Assembly: GCA_002269645.1 (NCBI GenBank)
Contig: NIVC01000832.1
Location: forward strand, 77,068-141,067
Direction: 5' to 3'
DNA: 64,000 nt
Source: Macrostomum lignano
Lineage: Eukaryota
Part shown: positions 22,829 through 34,863 of the stretch, in pieces
Numbering within the stretch: position 1 is the first letter of the stretch
How the letters are laid out: the number at the start of each line of letters is the position of its first letter
The notes under the pieces: model-generated
Databases searched by the model: none
Told to the model about the DNA's origin: nothing
What the model saw: the letters and a program-made list of their open reading frames with translations, nothing else
Position numbers and translations under genes: made by a program

Positions 22829-25560
22829 TTATAATATGGCTTTCCTGAATTTAGTCGTAACGGGTTCTCTGAACCCTGGTCTGCTCCATTCTTTAAGATC
22901 TAAATGAAAATTATGTACCCCTGTGAGCAGAGCCTTTTTGTACCACCTAAGGCCTAGGTTCCAAATCCTCTCCCTAAGCCTAGGCATCTTGGTGATTTCG
23001 TGTAGGTAGCTGATTTTAGTGTATATGGAGGCACTTAGCACAAATCTCAGTGCCTGATTTTGAAGCCGCTGAAGTCTCTGGATGATGTTATCAGAGGCGT
23101 TGACGAGGATTGGTGCTCCGTAGGTCATGCTGCTTTCTATGTAGAACCTATAAAGAAGTCGTAGCGCAAGCTGGGATATTCTTGTGTTGCGAGCGACCAA
23201 CAGTTTTTGAGACGTGTTGCCTATAATTTAGATCCTTTTCGAGCGTGACGCCAAGGAACGTGACAGAGTCGTGGTATGGAATTGAGTCCTGTCAAAGTTT
23301 GAGCGGAGGTTTGGCAGGGCCGGTGGACCAGGGACTCTTGTACCTAAAGAAAGCCACCGCCTTGCTTTTGGTGGGATTAATGGATATGCCAATATCATCT
23401 AGCCATTTTTAGGACAACAAGGTAGCTGTTCAACCTCTTGGCCGCCATTGTAGAGGTTCTGGCGCTCGCCCAGACGGCCAGGTCGTCCGCAAACTGACTC
23501 TTCTTGACTTTAGTGTCACGCGAGATGGGGATCGAGCTGACATAGATAATGAATAGCAGTGGAGAAAGTACCCCTCCTCGAGGAACTCCAGCAGCGGGCC
23601 TAAAGCCCTTGCTAATTGCCCCCCCCCAGCCTGGATGATCTCCCTATCCTCAAGGTAGCTGGAGATGGTCCGAGTCATGTTGTGCGGCAGGTCGCTCTCC
23701 AGGAGACGATACCGGAGATAGCTGTGCTAGACTCCGCCAAAGGCACCCTTGACGTCGAAGAAGACACCGAGCGACACATGTCTCCATAAATTCATTTTTA
23801 GTATATCGTCTGTGAGTCGCACAATGTTGTCAAACGTACAATGATCTTGTCTGTACGCACATTGGTCTTCATTAATAATGCCCTTGTTTTCTAAGATTTC
23901 TGGCAATTATTTTTTCGTAAAGTTTTCCCAGGCAGGAGGTTAGGCTGATAGGCCAGTAATTGTTTATTTCATGCCTAAACTTCTTTGGTTTTGGTATCAT
24001 TTTGATAGTCGCCCGCTTCCAGGCCTTGGGAAAATAGCCCAGAAAAAAGCTTGTGTTGAAAATTTTTGCAATAGTTCTAACAGAGTCCGGACTAAGCCCT
24101 CGTTTGAGGACAATGTTTGGGATCTGATCAGGGCCAGGGGCTCCCCCAGATCTAAGATTTTTTGTTTCCATGAGGACGTCTATATCCAGAATGTTAAGGA
24201 TGTCAGATTCCATGGCTTCCCTACCAGGGTCATCAGGGTCAGTTCTGTCCCGGTGATAGGTCAGGGCTCTGGCCATGCAGTCGTAGGGCCGGAAGATCTC
24301 ATGATTTTCCTTAGAAATAACCTCCTTTTAGATAAGGGACTTGGTGTCGGGATGAGGCTGCATTTGGTCCTTGAGGAAATCTTGAAATAAGTTTGCAGTT
24401 TCTTGCTCAGTTTCGGCAGTCACCCCTTTGTAGCTAAGGGCGGGAAATGAGACTGGTTTAATATATTGTCCGGTCATTTTCTTTATGTCGATCCAGAATT
24501 GACAGGGTTCTTTTCTGTAGCTAGTTTTAGCAATTTTCTGGCATACATTCTCAAATTTTCTGTACCTATGCATTCTTATAGCAATTCTTATTTCTTTAGC
24601 GGCTTGGTTTGCCTGTACTCTAAAAGCGTCAATTCTGGTTTTTTGAAAAGTTTTTGAAGCTTTCTTCTGTTCCTAATCTTTTCTACAATGTCTGGAGGAA
24701 GCTGTTCTCTCGGATCCCTATCTGGGACCACCTACTCTATTGTTTCATGGATTTTTTCCGTGAGCTTATCAACCACGTTGTCAAGATCATCGGGAGTGAA
24801 GATTCGGGAACGAATCATGCTGCAGTTTTCTAAATTATCTTGGAGTGCATACTTAAAAGCTTCCCAGTCAGTGTGCCAAAAACTCTTGGATGGCTTTGGT
24901 TTAACCTTGGAGCAGGGGTCGAGGAAGACTTTAATCATAATGGGTAGGTGATCACTATCAAGGTCATCGCCCACTAAAACATCACTAACAGAGTTGACTA
25001 GATCAGGGGAACAAATACCTAGATCAAGAACATTCCCGATAATGTTGCCCCCTCTATTATAAATCCTGGTGCAGTCACCAAAGGAGTTGAGGATAGAGGG
25101 GGGATCAGGGTGATTATCGAGCCAATCGAATAGCTGTTTGCCTGGGAAGTTTTCTACACTGTCCCCACCTAGCATAGAGTGACAGTTGAGATCCCCTAAT
25201 AGTAAGGATCTGGGTTGGGAGAGCAGCTGCTCAAGCAGTGCAGTGCTGATATGGTCAGGATTGGGAGCTCTGTAGATAACAGAAATCCTAAGAGTACTAC
25301 AGGGATTGTTGTTGGGAGTGACATCAAGGCTGATAAGCTCATAATTGGAATTGTCATAATATTTATTGACATTTCAAATTTTAAAGTTATTCTTGTAGGC
25401 AATTGCCAGTCCCCTTCTGCAGTCAGGAGTGTCATACCTGATGATGGCATAACCTTGTACATAAAAAGTATCAATATTTTTAAGATCGGTTTCAGAGAAA
25501 ATACTGTTACAAGTCTGTCTTTTGTATTGCGTTATATTTACGCAAGTTGTGTGCCGTGCA
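22829..25560 (-). pseudogene. LINE-B ORF2 (APE plus RT), multiple frameshifts
   Basis: FSETDLKN, GDLNCHS, VLDLGI, DSDHLP; PGPDQIPN, WKRATIKMIPKP, WPISLTSCLGKLYEKII, SQFADDLAVW (~23480-23500), FYIESSMTYGAPIL. Confidence 0.9.
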
Positions 25561-25878
25561 CTCTCGGCTCTTGCAGCCGTTGCTCTTATCAGTCTTCTTG
25601 AATACTTATGTATTTCTATTTTTTGTCACGAAGGCTCTTTGACACTTGCGCCAACTAATCGCAGTACAGGCAAATAAACTTGTCTATGGCAATTACAAAT
25701 TAAAGCTCAATCTGCTCGGGCAGAAGCCAGCCCGCAGCAAAGACCAATGTCAATATCGTCATTGTGCAACCACATAATAATTTCGTGCATTTTGTTGCTT
25801 AATTTGTTGCAGTTAAGGTGTCCTATGTTTAGTGCACTTTTGGAAGATTTATTATAGAAAGCCATAGTAAGTCAGTGA

Positions 25879-28145
25879 TTATTCAGGGCTGGATCCGCCT
25901 CCGCTCACCGAAGTGGCTTTGGTTTCCCCTGCCCTGACAGCGGGCACTCTTCCGTGATTCAGGAAAGTCGCCAGGACTTCCGTCACTACCCGAATAGCAA
26001 GCTGGCTTGCTTCCCAGGCAGTGAGCAGACGCCCCGGTTCGATCTCTATGATCCGGTTGAGTGCCCCGAGAACCACCTCGAGCACGTCACCCTGAGTAAA
26101 GCCCTCTCACCGTTTCCAGCAGAAGAAGTGGCGGCATTGTCAGTGTTATTTGGATCGGCATTGATTGGTGTCATTGCAGGCTTCTTGGTCACAGGAGCTT
26201 TAGTCTCAGACGGCACTGCTGAATGGGCGGCAGCGGCGGCAGCAGCAGCAGCAGACGACATTGCTGGTTGGGCGGCAGCAGCAGCAGCAGTAGACGGCGC
26301 TGCTGGCTGGGCGGCAGCAGCGGCAGCAGCAGCAGCCTTGAACGCTTTGGAAGCTCTGTTCTCGAACGCGATTGGTCCTAGTACTGGCACCTGATTGACA
26401 GCCTCCGCGTACGAGACAGGGCCAGGTACGCCAAATGTCTCAGCTAGATTTTGAGTAGGTTCTAATTTTCTAGTCTGTTTGAATTTAAGTCTTAAAGTTT
26501 GAACTCTATGATGCTCTCTTTCAGTCGCCCTCTCATTTGCATGCTGAACCTTTGGGCATTTGAAGGAGAACGCCGGGTGTTCACCCCCACAATTAGCGCA
26601 CTTAAAGCCCGTATCTTTTGGGCAGTCGCCGGAATAGTGCGCCCCGGCACACTTGTTGCAAACAAAACCGGCGTTGCACCTGCTTTCGGTGCGTCCAAGG
26701 CCTTGACACCTGTGGCACTGAACTTCCTTGACCGGTGGAAGATTGTGCGATTCTTCGCACCCGAGTTTCAATGCCCCAAGCTTAATGCCGTTCTCCAGGC
26801 AGGTGTCGTAAGTTGCCCTTGACTTTGTAAACATCCTGATGAGAGGTGTCGGTTGGCCTGAGGCCTTCGAGACAATGCGTACCGCACTGTCGAATTAAAA
26901 ATGTGCCTGATTTTCATCTAAATATTGCAGCAGTTCCTCGGCTTCCACGGCTAGAGGAACACCTTTGACGATGAAGGAGCGGACCTGCGGCGATTTAAGG
27001 GGCTTACGCAGCCGATCATCGCCTTGGTGCAGTGGCCTATTTGACGGCAGGCGCCTAGTGACAGTGTGCCCATTAATTTCGTTAACTTTTAGTGTTGTTG
27101 TCAATAAGTTGTTCATATCGTGTGGAGAATTAGTAAATTACGTAGTGTCCTGAGCTATGACACGATGATGACACGATGCGAGTGTTAGGAAAGTTTGTTT
27201 TTAAGAAATATTCGAATTTAATAGGATTCTTAGCCTCAACGGGCATCTCAAATACAACTGGCGTAATTTTAGTTAATTTAGAATTATTAGATTGTTGTGA
27301 GCTTGGCTGCTGAGTGCGTGCTTGTGGCTGCTGAGTGTGTGTGCTTGGCTGCTGAGTGCGATTGGTTGATTGCTGAGTTGCTAGCCCCACTCATTATCGT
27401 GATGCTACCACTGGCAAGCCTCTGCGAGTAGACTATATTCTAAATCTGGCCCTTTAGTTCGAAGCTGGAAGTCTCTCTGGGCTCCCAGCGACACCGACAC
27501 AATGGTCGGGTCGTGGCCTAACTCTGGTTCGTTGTCAGAGTGCCATGGGATGGCTACCGATCCATCTTTATAAAATTTGATCAGGCACGAATTAGCTAGT
27601 GGCACTCTAAGCTCGACGTGAAGCCAAGTGGCTAAGTGAGTGACGACTGGGTGCCAAGCGTCGTTGCACTCAATCTTAGTACCCCCATAGGTGTACTCAG
27701 GCCCATACCAGACTATTCTCCTGGCCTCAGGCTTGCCCTTGGTTAGATGGTGGTATGAGTTTGGATAAATGTCTTCCATTATAATTTTAATTAGCTTGGC
27801 TTCAGAAGATTTGAGCTGCTGATTTTGCAGTTAGTTAAAGGCTGGCTAGTTTTGTCATCTGTGAGGTCAGGTTCTGGTAGACTGAGTGTCAATATGTTAG
27901 TTGCTTTTCCTAAGTCTGCTAGTTTACTACTCTTGACAGGCTGACTCTCACCATCGCTGACCGCATGAGGGAGGTTCTTCAGTCACTGTCTGCTGTTGCA
28001 CACAAGACGGCTCATTGCTGGAGGACGCAGAACAGGACCTTTGGTCTCGACCGGAAGAGGACCGGTTGTTGCGCTTCTTGGTGCTGACTGGCGGCGAGTC
28101 AGTGTCTCTAGAACCACATCTTTTGCTATTGACTTCTACTTCCAT
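25879..28145 (-). pseudogene. LINE-B ORF1: partial AlkB domain (27405-27830), Gln-rich linker, RRM-like region, zinc knuckles, Ala-rich tail
   Basis: RRIVWYGPEYTYGG...NSCLIKFY...WHSDNEPELGHDPTIVSVSLGAQRDF; SFIVKGVP; CHRCQGLGRTESRC, CNKCAGAHYSGDC, CANCGGEHPAFSFKC. Confidence 0.87.
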
Positions 28146-29288
28146 TGCAGATTGTGCTAGTACTAAGTGTTTACAAAATAAAGCCTTAAAACAGTAGGCT
28201 AATTTATAAAACTTTAAAACTTATAAATAATAAAACTATGTTAAAACACTAATAATCCTACTGATAGTAGTAGATTGTCTACAAAATACAAGAGAAGGTC
28301 CTAAATCAAAACTAAGCTCTAATATCTATAAGCCGGGCTGGTCTGGCGCCGTGCTGCAGATGCCGCGCGAGGTGCCTGTCACCGCCGCTTCCGACGAGCC
28401 GCGCTGCTGTCGCCGCCGTGACGCGCCGCTGCCGCCGCCGCCCAGCCGGGTCGCACCGCCGAGCCGCCGGACCAAGCCGTCGAAGCCGCCGAAGCTGCAG
28501 GCGCCGAGATGTCGCTGACGAAGCCGGAGCCGCTGCAGTCACCGCTGAAAAAGCCGAAGCCGCCGACAATGCCGCTGAAGTCGCCGCCGAAGGCCGATGC
28601 AGACGCCAGGTGAGTAGCTACCTCAGATGCTAATTCACAGAATAGCAAGACACATCCGAAGGCCCACACTGTGGATACCTGTGATGTATTAAAACTATAG
28701 TGCTTATTAGTTACCAAGGCAACTATTGCCTTTTCTTTAAGGACGGAAAACGAATGCTTTTTCCGAGTTGTTTAGTTATTAAGTATGCCGAGGGAGTGCC
28801 AAGCCGACAACTCCCTGGCCGCGCGTCAGCCGTTTTTAAAAAATTGGCTCTTGCGCCTGTGTATATTTTAAAAATAGTTGGTTTGTAAAGTGTACAAAAA
28901 CTTAATTCCTAGGTTAGACTGTATTAGTACTTCAGGGTAAGAGTAAAACAGATGCAAGAGAACACAATAGGAGAAAGAAAGAAATTAAAGGTGCTGTAAA
29001 ATTTAAAACCGGTAGCAATAGTGTTAAACAGTAAGGATAAACAATAGAGATTAAGTAGATAAACTATAAAGATTAGAGTAAGCAGTACAAGTTAAAAATA
29101 AATTAAATTAAATAAGTGAATAAAATTAGTGCATAAAACTAAAAAATGGTGCAGAGATACAGTACGGGAGGGAGGCTCACAAAGTGGGACATCACAAAGA
29201 AAAGGTGGGCATCTGCGGGGACGGGTGATTCGCAATACGAGGGCCCGCGAATCCTGTTAGACTGGAGAAGGGACATTCCTCTGCCGTG

Positions 29289-29391
29289 ATTGGCCAGCCC
29301 AAAACCCCTAGGCGGGGGGGAGCAGCCAATTAGCGGCGGCCAGGACGCGTCGCGGGGAGGCTAGGGGTTATAGTTTGGAAGGCTATATAAG
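29289..29391 (+). promoter_or_regulatory. Candidate Pol II core promoter (ATTGG, GC box, CCAAT, TATA)
   Basis: ATTGG 29289, GGCGGGG 29311, CCAAT 29326, TATATAAG 29384 in canonical spacing; no transcript evidence. Confidence 0.4.
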
Positions 29392-29899
29392 CGGGTGACC
29401 AGTCGTATTGTGGGCTCCCCTTCCTTACAGGAGAGGTCGCGCATATGTAGTAAATAGAGTATAAAAAATTGTCGCATTTAGAAAAGGATTTAACAGTTGA
29501 GCAATAGTTGTAAAAGGAAAGGCACTATAAAAAAGCAGCATGGACTAGATAATAATTTGGCTTAATTTTGACAGGCGAGATCTACTATCCCGCAGCCTTC
29601 TCCATCAGCTCGGTTAGTTTTACTAATCGGTCTAATGGTGGTTCTGGGATCTTATGGTTTCTCCAAGCTTGCTTGGGAGGGGGGACTTCGAATCCATGGA
29701 TGGCATTAGCTATAGCTTTTTGGTGGCTACCATTTGGTGGCTACCTTCTCTACCCTGGGCTTTACCATGGGTATGTTTGCTATTTTGTGCAGGTAGTTAA
29801 TTTTGGTGAATTTAGGAGCGTTATAGCACAGTCTGAGGTTGGTGTTTTGGATATGCTGCAGTTTGGTGAAATTAGATTAGAGGAGCTAATGGAGTTGTC

Positions 29900-30560
29900 A
29901 CTGAGCGCAGAGACTGGTGTGCATCCAGAAAACTTTGTCCTGTCTACGGAATTCTCAGATGTAATTGAAAGCATCAACCAGCGCATTGTCTCAAGTGGAG
30001 ACCAGCTCTACCCCTACCATGCCTACCTAAAAGCTCTGATGAGCTTTTCTGATGATGATTCCTGGAACCCGACTCTGCTGCTGAAGGGCACACCGAGACA
30101 CAGGGAGTCCAGCTGTGTGGAGTATGCAGGACCTCTGCTCGGCGACATCTTCCAGTGTCATGTTCTGCTGCTGAACACTTTATACCTGCACATCAAGCTG
30201 ATATCCAGCGATTCTGCATTTGCTATACGAACCCCAGATGAGAACAACACAGCCTACTGAATGAAAATCTCCCACTACATTCTGAACCTTCGAAGAGTCA
30301 AACTGGCGCCTCACATAAGCCTGGCGCATGTACAGGGACTGACTAATCAGAACGCACTTTACCCCATCAAGTGCACCGAAATGCAAAACTTTATTCTATC
30401 CTAGGGAATTCAGTCAAAAAACATAGAAGAATTCACCCATGACAAACTGTTGAAGTTCATTATGATGGTCTTCGTGAACCACCGAGCCTTCAATGGACAT
30501 CACCATTCCAGCCCCTTCGAGTTCCAGAGCTTCAACCTCAATCAGCTAGGACTAGGGAAA
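29900..30560 (+). pseudogene. Decayed Polinton/Maverick (adintovirus-type) major capsid protein fragment
   Basis: One frame with stops at 30258 and ~30402: HPENFVLSTEFSDV..SINQRIVSSGDQLYPYHAYLKAL...GPLLGDIFQ..LLLN...KI...LNLRRVKLAPHISLAH...YPIKCTE...GIQSKNI...FVNHRAFNG...SPFEFQSF. Recognised from memory as the F54H12.2-like capsid family. Confidence 0.7.
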
Positions 30561-33539
30561 TGTGGTTTACCACGTGCCACGTGCCACGATACATGTATGC
30601 TTGAGAATACTTGCACTGCCTGAAAAGTGTTGTTTTCAGGTTACTTAAAGTCTTCAATATTAACTTAAGGCATTAGTTATTAGTGCTGATATCCTAGCAG
30701 ACGTTTCCGCGGCTCCAAGGTTCTTAGCCTTGCTCTTATTTCTCTTTATTTCACATTCTCACAGCGGGCTTTTAACCCAAGGCTGTTTTGCAGCTTCATT
30801 TAGTCCATAGATAAAACAAAACGCGTCAAACCGCATATGCAATTAAAATAATATCAATATTATAGTCACGTCATATCAAAAAGCTGTCAGTCTGCCAGCT
30901 GCAAGGAAAATAAAATTGTCAGTCAGTGGGAGGCCGCGCCTACAACTGACCCGGTGAGCCATGACAACATATTTCAGCGGGGCTCCGCCGATGACCGGCC
31001 CGGCGTCTACGCTTGGCCGAGAGCTGCGCCGGGTCGTTGTCTATAGTCTCAGCCGGTCGGCGGGCTGGACGTCCTGAGCCCAACCGGCAGGCCTGCAGGT
31101 CCGTGCGCAGCTGGGGCGGCGGCGGGCCGTCCTGCGCCAGTCAAGTCCTGGCGTGCCAGAAGAGGGCGTTTGCGGGAGCCCATTCGGTAGCCGGAGTCCG
31201 GCTGGCGCGGATGAATACGACGGCTGACAATTTCGATTGCCAGCCGGCGGACTGCCAGCGTGGCCCGGGAGAACCCGGCCTCCTGTCTAGGCCGGGTTCT
31301 CGCGGAGCTCACCGTTGCCGACTTCTGCTTCGAGCACGTCGAGCAGCCCGGTGGCGAGGCGCTGCGCCTCAGCCATATCGGCCTCGTCGAGAGTCGGCGT
31401 GCGCGGGGGAGGGGCTGGCCGCAAACACGCTACAACCGGTCGGTGCCTCGGTACTCCAGCCGCCAATCACGGGGTTTCCCAGTGGACGCGGCATGTCTGT
31501 TGGGGTGACGGTTTCTGTGTCCTGGTCGAGGGACGGGGCCTCGTCGGCGGTCCTCGCTGACACAGCGGCCATTCGTCTGATGGCAATGGGGCTATTAGGC
31601 GGCGTCGGAGCAGCTCGCATTCGATCCAGCAGACGCTCTAGCTCCAATTTAAAAGACTCCAGTTTGGCTTGCTGGTTTCGTGAAATCAAATTGATGCAAA
31701 CTCTCGGCGCAGCGGCCCAAAGAGAGGGAGACGACTCGGATTCCATCCCAGATGGTGGGGCTGGCCTTTTATACTTAGCCGGATTTCACTCGGTGGAAAA
31801 CAGTTTCCCACCAAGTGTAAAGAATATTACACCGAGTGGAAAGGAATAGATTGGGGGGCTCGTGATAAAAGTGCCCGAGACAATAAACAGACGCAAACTG
31901 TGGCCGTTTAATAAACGATAACATTATTTAAAATCAAAGCGGGCGGAGCTCAATGCCCTTAAAGTAAAAGGGCGTTAACTGAGAGAGCTGGCCACTGAAG
32001 GTCATAAAACTGATAATCATCCCCGCGAGAAATAGCTGGAGATGTTAACATGACAAAGCACTGACCAGGAGTAAGATACTTGGGCTAGGGGAGAAACTTA
32101 AAGACATTAGATTGTGAAAAATTGGGGAGGGCCTCCCTAGCGCTTAAGTGGCCTCCTTACAACCGCATGGGCTCAAAAGGAGGCCGGCCTCGCACAGGCT
32201 AATGCAGAGGCCTTAAGGCTTACAGAGAGCAGGGACGAAAAGGGGGGCGCAGCTTGTGATTCGGGACCAAGCGGAATCAGTTACAGTACAAATTGGAGAG
32301 AGAGAAATTTCTTGTACTTGCACCAAGAGGAACGCGAACGGCGCCAGCCTCGCACAAGTGAAGTGCTGGGAGGCCTTACGGCGTAAGTTGGTTAGGACAG
32401 CAAAATTGAGAAAATGAAGATAAATCGCTGTGACGAAACATGTCTAAAAATTTCTACCTGTACCTCGAAGAAAGAATCCTGTCAAGCAGTGCTTTCTGGG
32501 CCTCCTGGCCCAGATTTCCTGGCATCTACCACTTCTAAGATGCAAAATGAGCTCTGAAGTCTTCTGTGACTGAAGAGTAATCACGAAGATGAAAAACAAT
32601 TGCCATAAAAGTATGGTTGACTGAGCAAATCCCGTTCAGATAGACGTCTACTGGTTCGTAGCGTCCTGGCCATCTCGTGTAACTGCTTACCACATTGGTG
32701 TTTGCCAGCAGAATACCTTCGGCAAATCTTCCGAGTCCGCTGCTCGCTGCGTTTGCCTGAAATAGTTGCCGAATGGAAAACACTTTGCAGTGGAACCCTT
32801 CGAGCGCTGCTTATTTTCGATTGAAGATCTGGTGACTCGAACAAAATCATCTGGGAAGGCGTTACGTACTGTTGTCAACACTGATTGCCTTTCTTGGCCG
32901 TACGTTGGAAGCAGTAGATTTTGCTTTGTCACTGTTTTCTTTTCCATGGGTAACAGACGCTACAGTGACTTCATCAGCAAAGGCACGGCTGCTTGCAGGA
33001 GTGTTACGAGTAGCAGCGTTCGTAGATGTACTGCTGGTTCCCCGTTGACACGCCACACTACCGTCTCTGAAATACTTTTTAACTGGAAAATGCATCGAAT
33101 CACACGGATGACTAGTTCTTTTGTTTGTAACAGAGCATTGTAAGGCTTGCGAAAACGCTATCCTGGAAGGAGTTCTGAATCGGGGTGAGTATGGAACGTG
33201 CGCGCCCATCGAATCGGCAGAGCCTGACGCTCGCGAGACGTGATGTGGCGCAGCAGGCTCCTGCGCGCCCATCGAATCGCTAGAGGCTGTCGCTCGAGAA
33301 GACGCGTGAAGTAGCACTAAAGGATAGTCGGCTGAAGCAGCGGCAAGCATGCAGCGTTGAGCACAGAGACGTTTCTTCCGACCTATTTGCTGGTCTGGCT
33401 AGCCTATACTTAAGACAGCCCCTTTCTTACAATTTTAAATGTAAGAAAAATTATGCTATTAAACGGTATTTGAGGGAGGCAATGCCCCCCAACTCAATGT
33501 CAGGGGGGCAGCTGCCCCCCCCTGTTCCGCAGCGCTTGT

Positions 33540-33815
33540 TAGTTAGTGAAATGCTGTATCTAGTAGTCTAATGAATAGATAAAGATTCCAAAAAACAAGA
33601 AACAGAGTTTTTTCTAGTTGTTGCTAAACAATTAAGTAAGTACTAGCTAGTGAAATGCTGTAGCTTGTAGTCTAATGAAGATAGAGATTCCAAAAGCAAC
33701 AGGAAAAACGATCTTTTCTGGTTTTTGCTGTTGTTAAATAATTAAGTACTAGTTAGTCAAATGCTGTAGCTAGTAGTCTAATGAAGATACAGATTTCAAA
33801 ATAAACAAGAAACAC
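33540..33815. repeat. ~105-bp degenerate tandem repeat, ~2.6 copies
   Basis: TAGTGAAATGCTGTA...TAGTCTAATGAA recurs three times. Confidence 0.7.
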
Positions 33816-33870
33816 TTTTTCATCACAGGATAAATCTTTACTCAGAAATTCATTGACAAATGATGGCGGT

Positions 33871-34464
33871 TTATTGATAGAGATAGCAACTCTCGGGTAG
33901 TAGAACACTGCATGCGAGAAGGGCAGTTCGCATTACTACGGGTGATTTCCTCAACTGCCCAGCAACATGCACCTCAGAAGCACACGAGCAAATAATAACA
34001 GTACCATTAGGACGCTGCACAACCAAACCGTTATCCTGCAGCTCAGAGCACTGAAGAAAGTAGCTGGCTCGAGCCCGGGCAACATCTACGTTGGACTTGG
34101 CATCAGACGCTCGTTTGAGAGAATCAAGTAACGCACAGCTACTAGCAGAGCAAATTTCCAATGACGATTTAAACGCCCCAGACTCTCGATAAGCGAACAT
34201 TAAAGCAGTCAGAAGGTTATCAGCAGAACATACTTGAAACACACCGACGCGAGTCACATCTGCATTTAGTGGAAAATCAGAAACCCATCCAGAGTTCTTT
34301 AACAACACTAAGCCATTCGCTTTTGAAAAGCGAACGTCGCTTAAACTAGCATTGTTGCCTGGGCTTGTCTCTGTGTATCGCGCAAAACGATTGGAACGTC
34401 TCTTTTTGTGAAGAACTGGCTCTACAGGTGCTTGCACTTCTGAGACTTCTTCGACGTTGCTCAT
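33871..34464 (-). CDS. Unassigned 197-aa ORF (possible exon or transposon accessory gene)
   Basis: Non-repetitive open frame starting at ATG; no family confidently recognised. Confidence 0.3.
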   Translation of the reverse strand: MSNVEEVSEVQAPVEPVLHKKRRSNRFARYTETSPGNNASLSDVRFSKANGLVLLKNSGWVSDFPLNADVTRVGVFQVCSADNLLTALMFAYRESGAFKSSLEICSASSCALLDSLKRASDAKSNVDVARARASYFLQCSELQDNGLVVQRPNGTVIICSCASEVHVAGQLRKSPVVMRTALLACSVLLPESCYLYQ

Positions 34465-34523
34465 GCTGCAGAAAACGCATCGCTTCTGTCTTCGGTTAGC
34501 TATCGAATTTTATTCTAATACTC

Positions 34524-34777
34524 GTCATTGAATTAGATGCTGCAGCTGATCCGATTGCTGTCGTAGATTCGGTGGCAGTCGCTGGTCCGGTTGTCATTGA
34601 ATTAGATGCTGCAGCTGATCCGATTGCTGTCGTAGATTCGGTGGCAGTCGCTGGTCCGGTTGTCATTGAATTAGATGCTGCAGCTGATCCGATTGCTGTC
34701 GTAGATTCGGTGGCAGTCGCTGGTCCGGTTGTCATTGAATTAGATGCTGCAGCTGATCCGACTGCTGTCGTAGATTC
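34524..34777. repeat. 69-bp tandem repeat, ~3.7 copies (Thr/Ser/Ala-rich if read on the minus strand)
   Basis: GTCATTGAATTAGATGCTGCAGCTGATCCGATTGCTGTCGTAGATTCGGTGGCAGTCGCTGGTCCGGTT repeated. Confidence 0.95.
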
Positions 34778-34863
34778 CATCCATTACAGGTCTTTTCTCT
34801 GTAGTACAAGTATGCATGGGCAGCATCACCTTTTTTACTGCTCCTCTTACTCAGACAGCAAGG

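Larger units (their letters stand above)
22690..28700 (-). mobile_element. Near full-length but more decayed Jockey/I-superfamily LINE, family B, with AlkB-containing ORF1; 5' boundary uncertain
   Basis: ORF1 pieces 28145-25879 and ORF2 pieces ~25560-22829 in the same order as family A. Confidence 0.88.

Noticed and set aside
15859-28633. Numerous plus-strand ORFs over the LINEs
   Set aside because: Antisense shadows of GC-rich minus-strand coding sequence.
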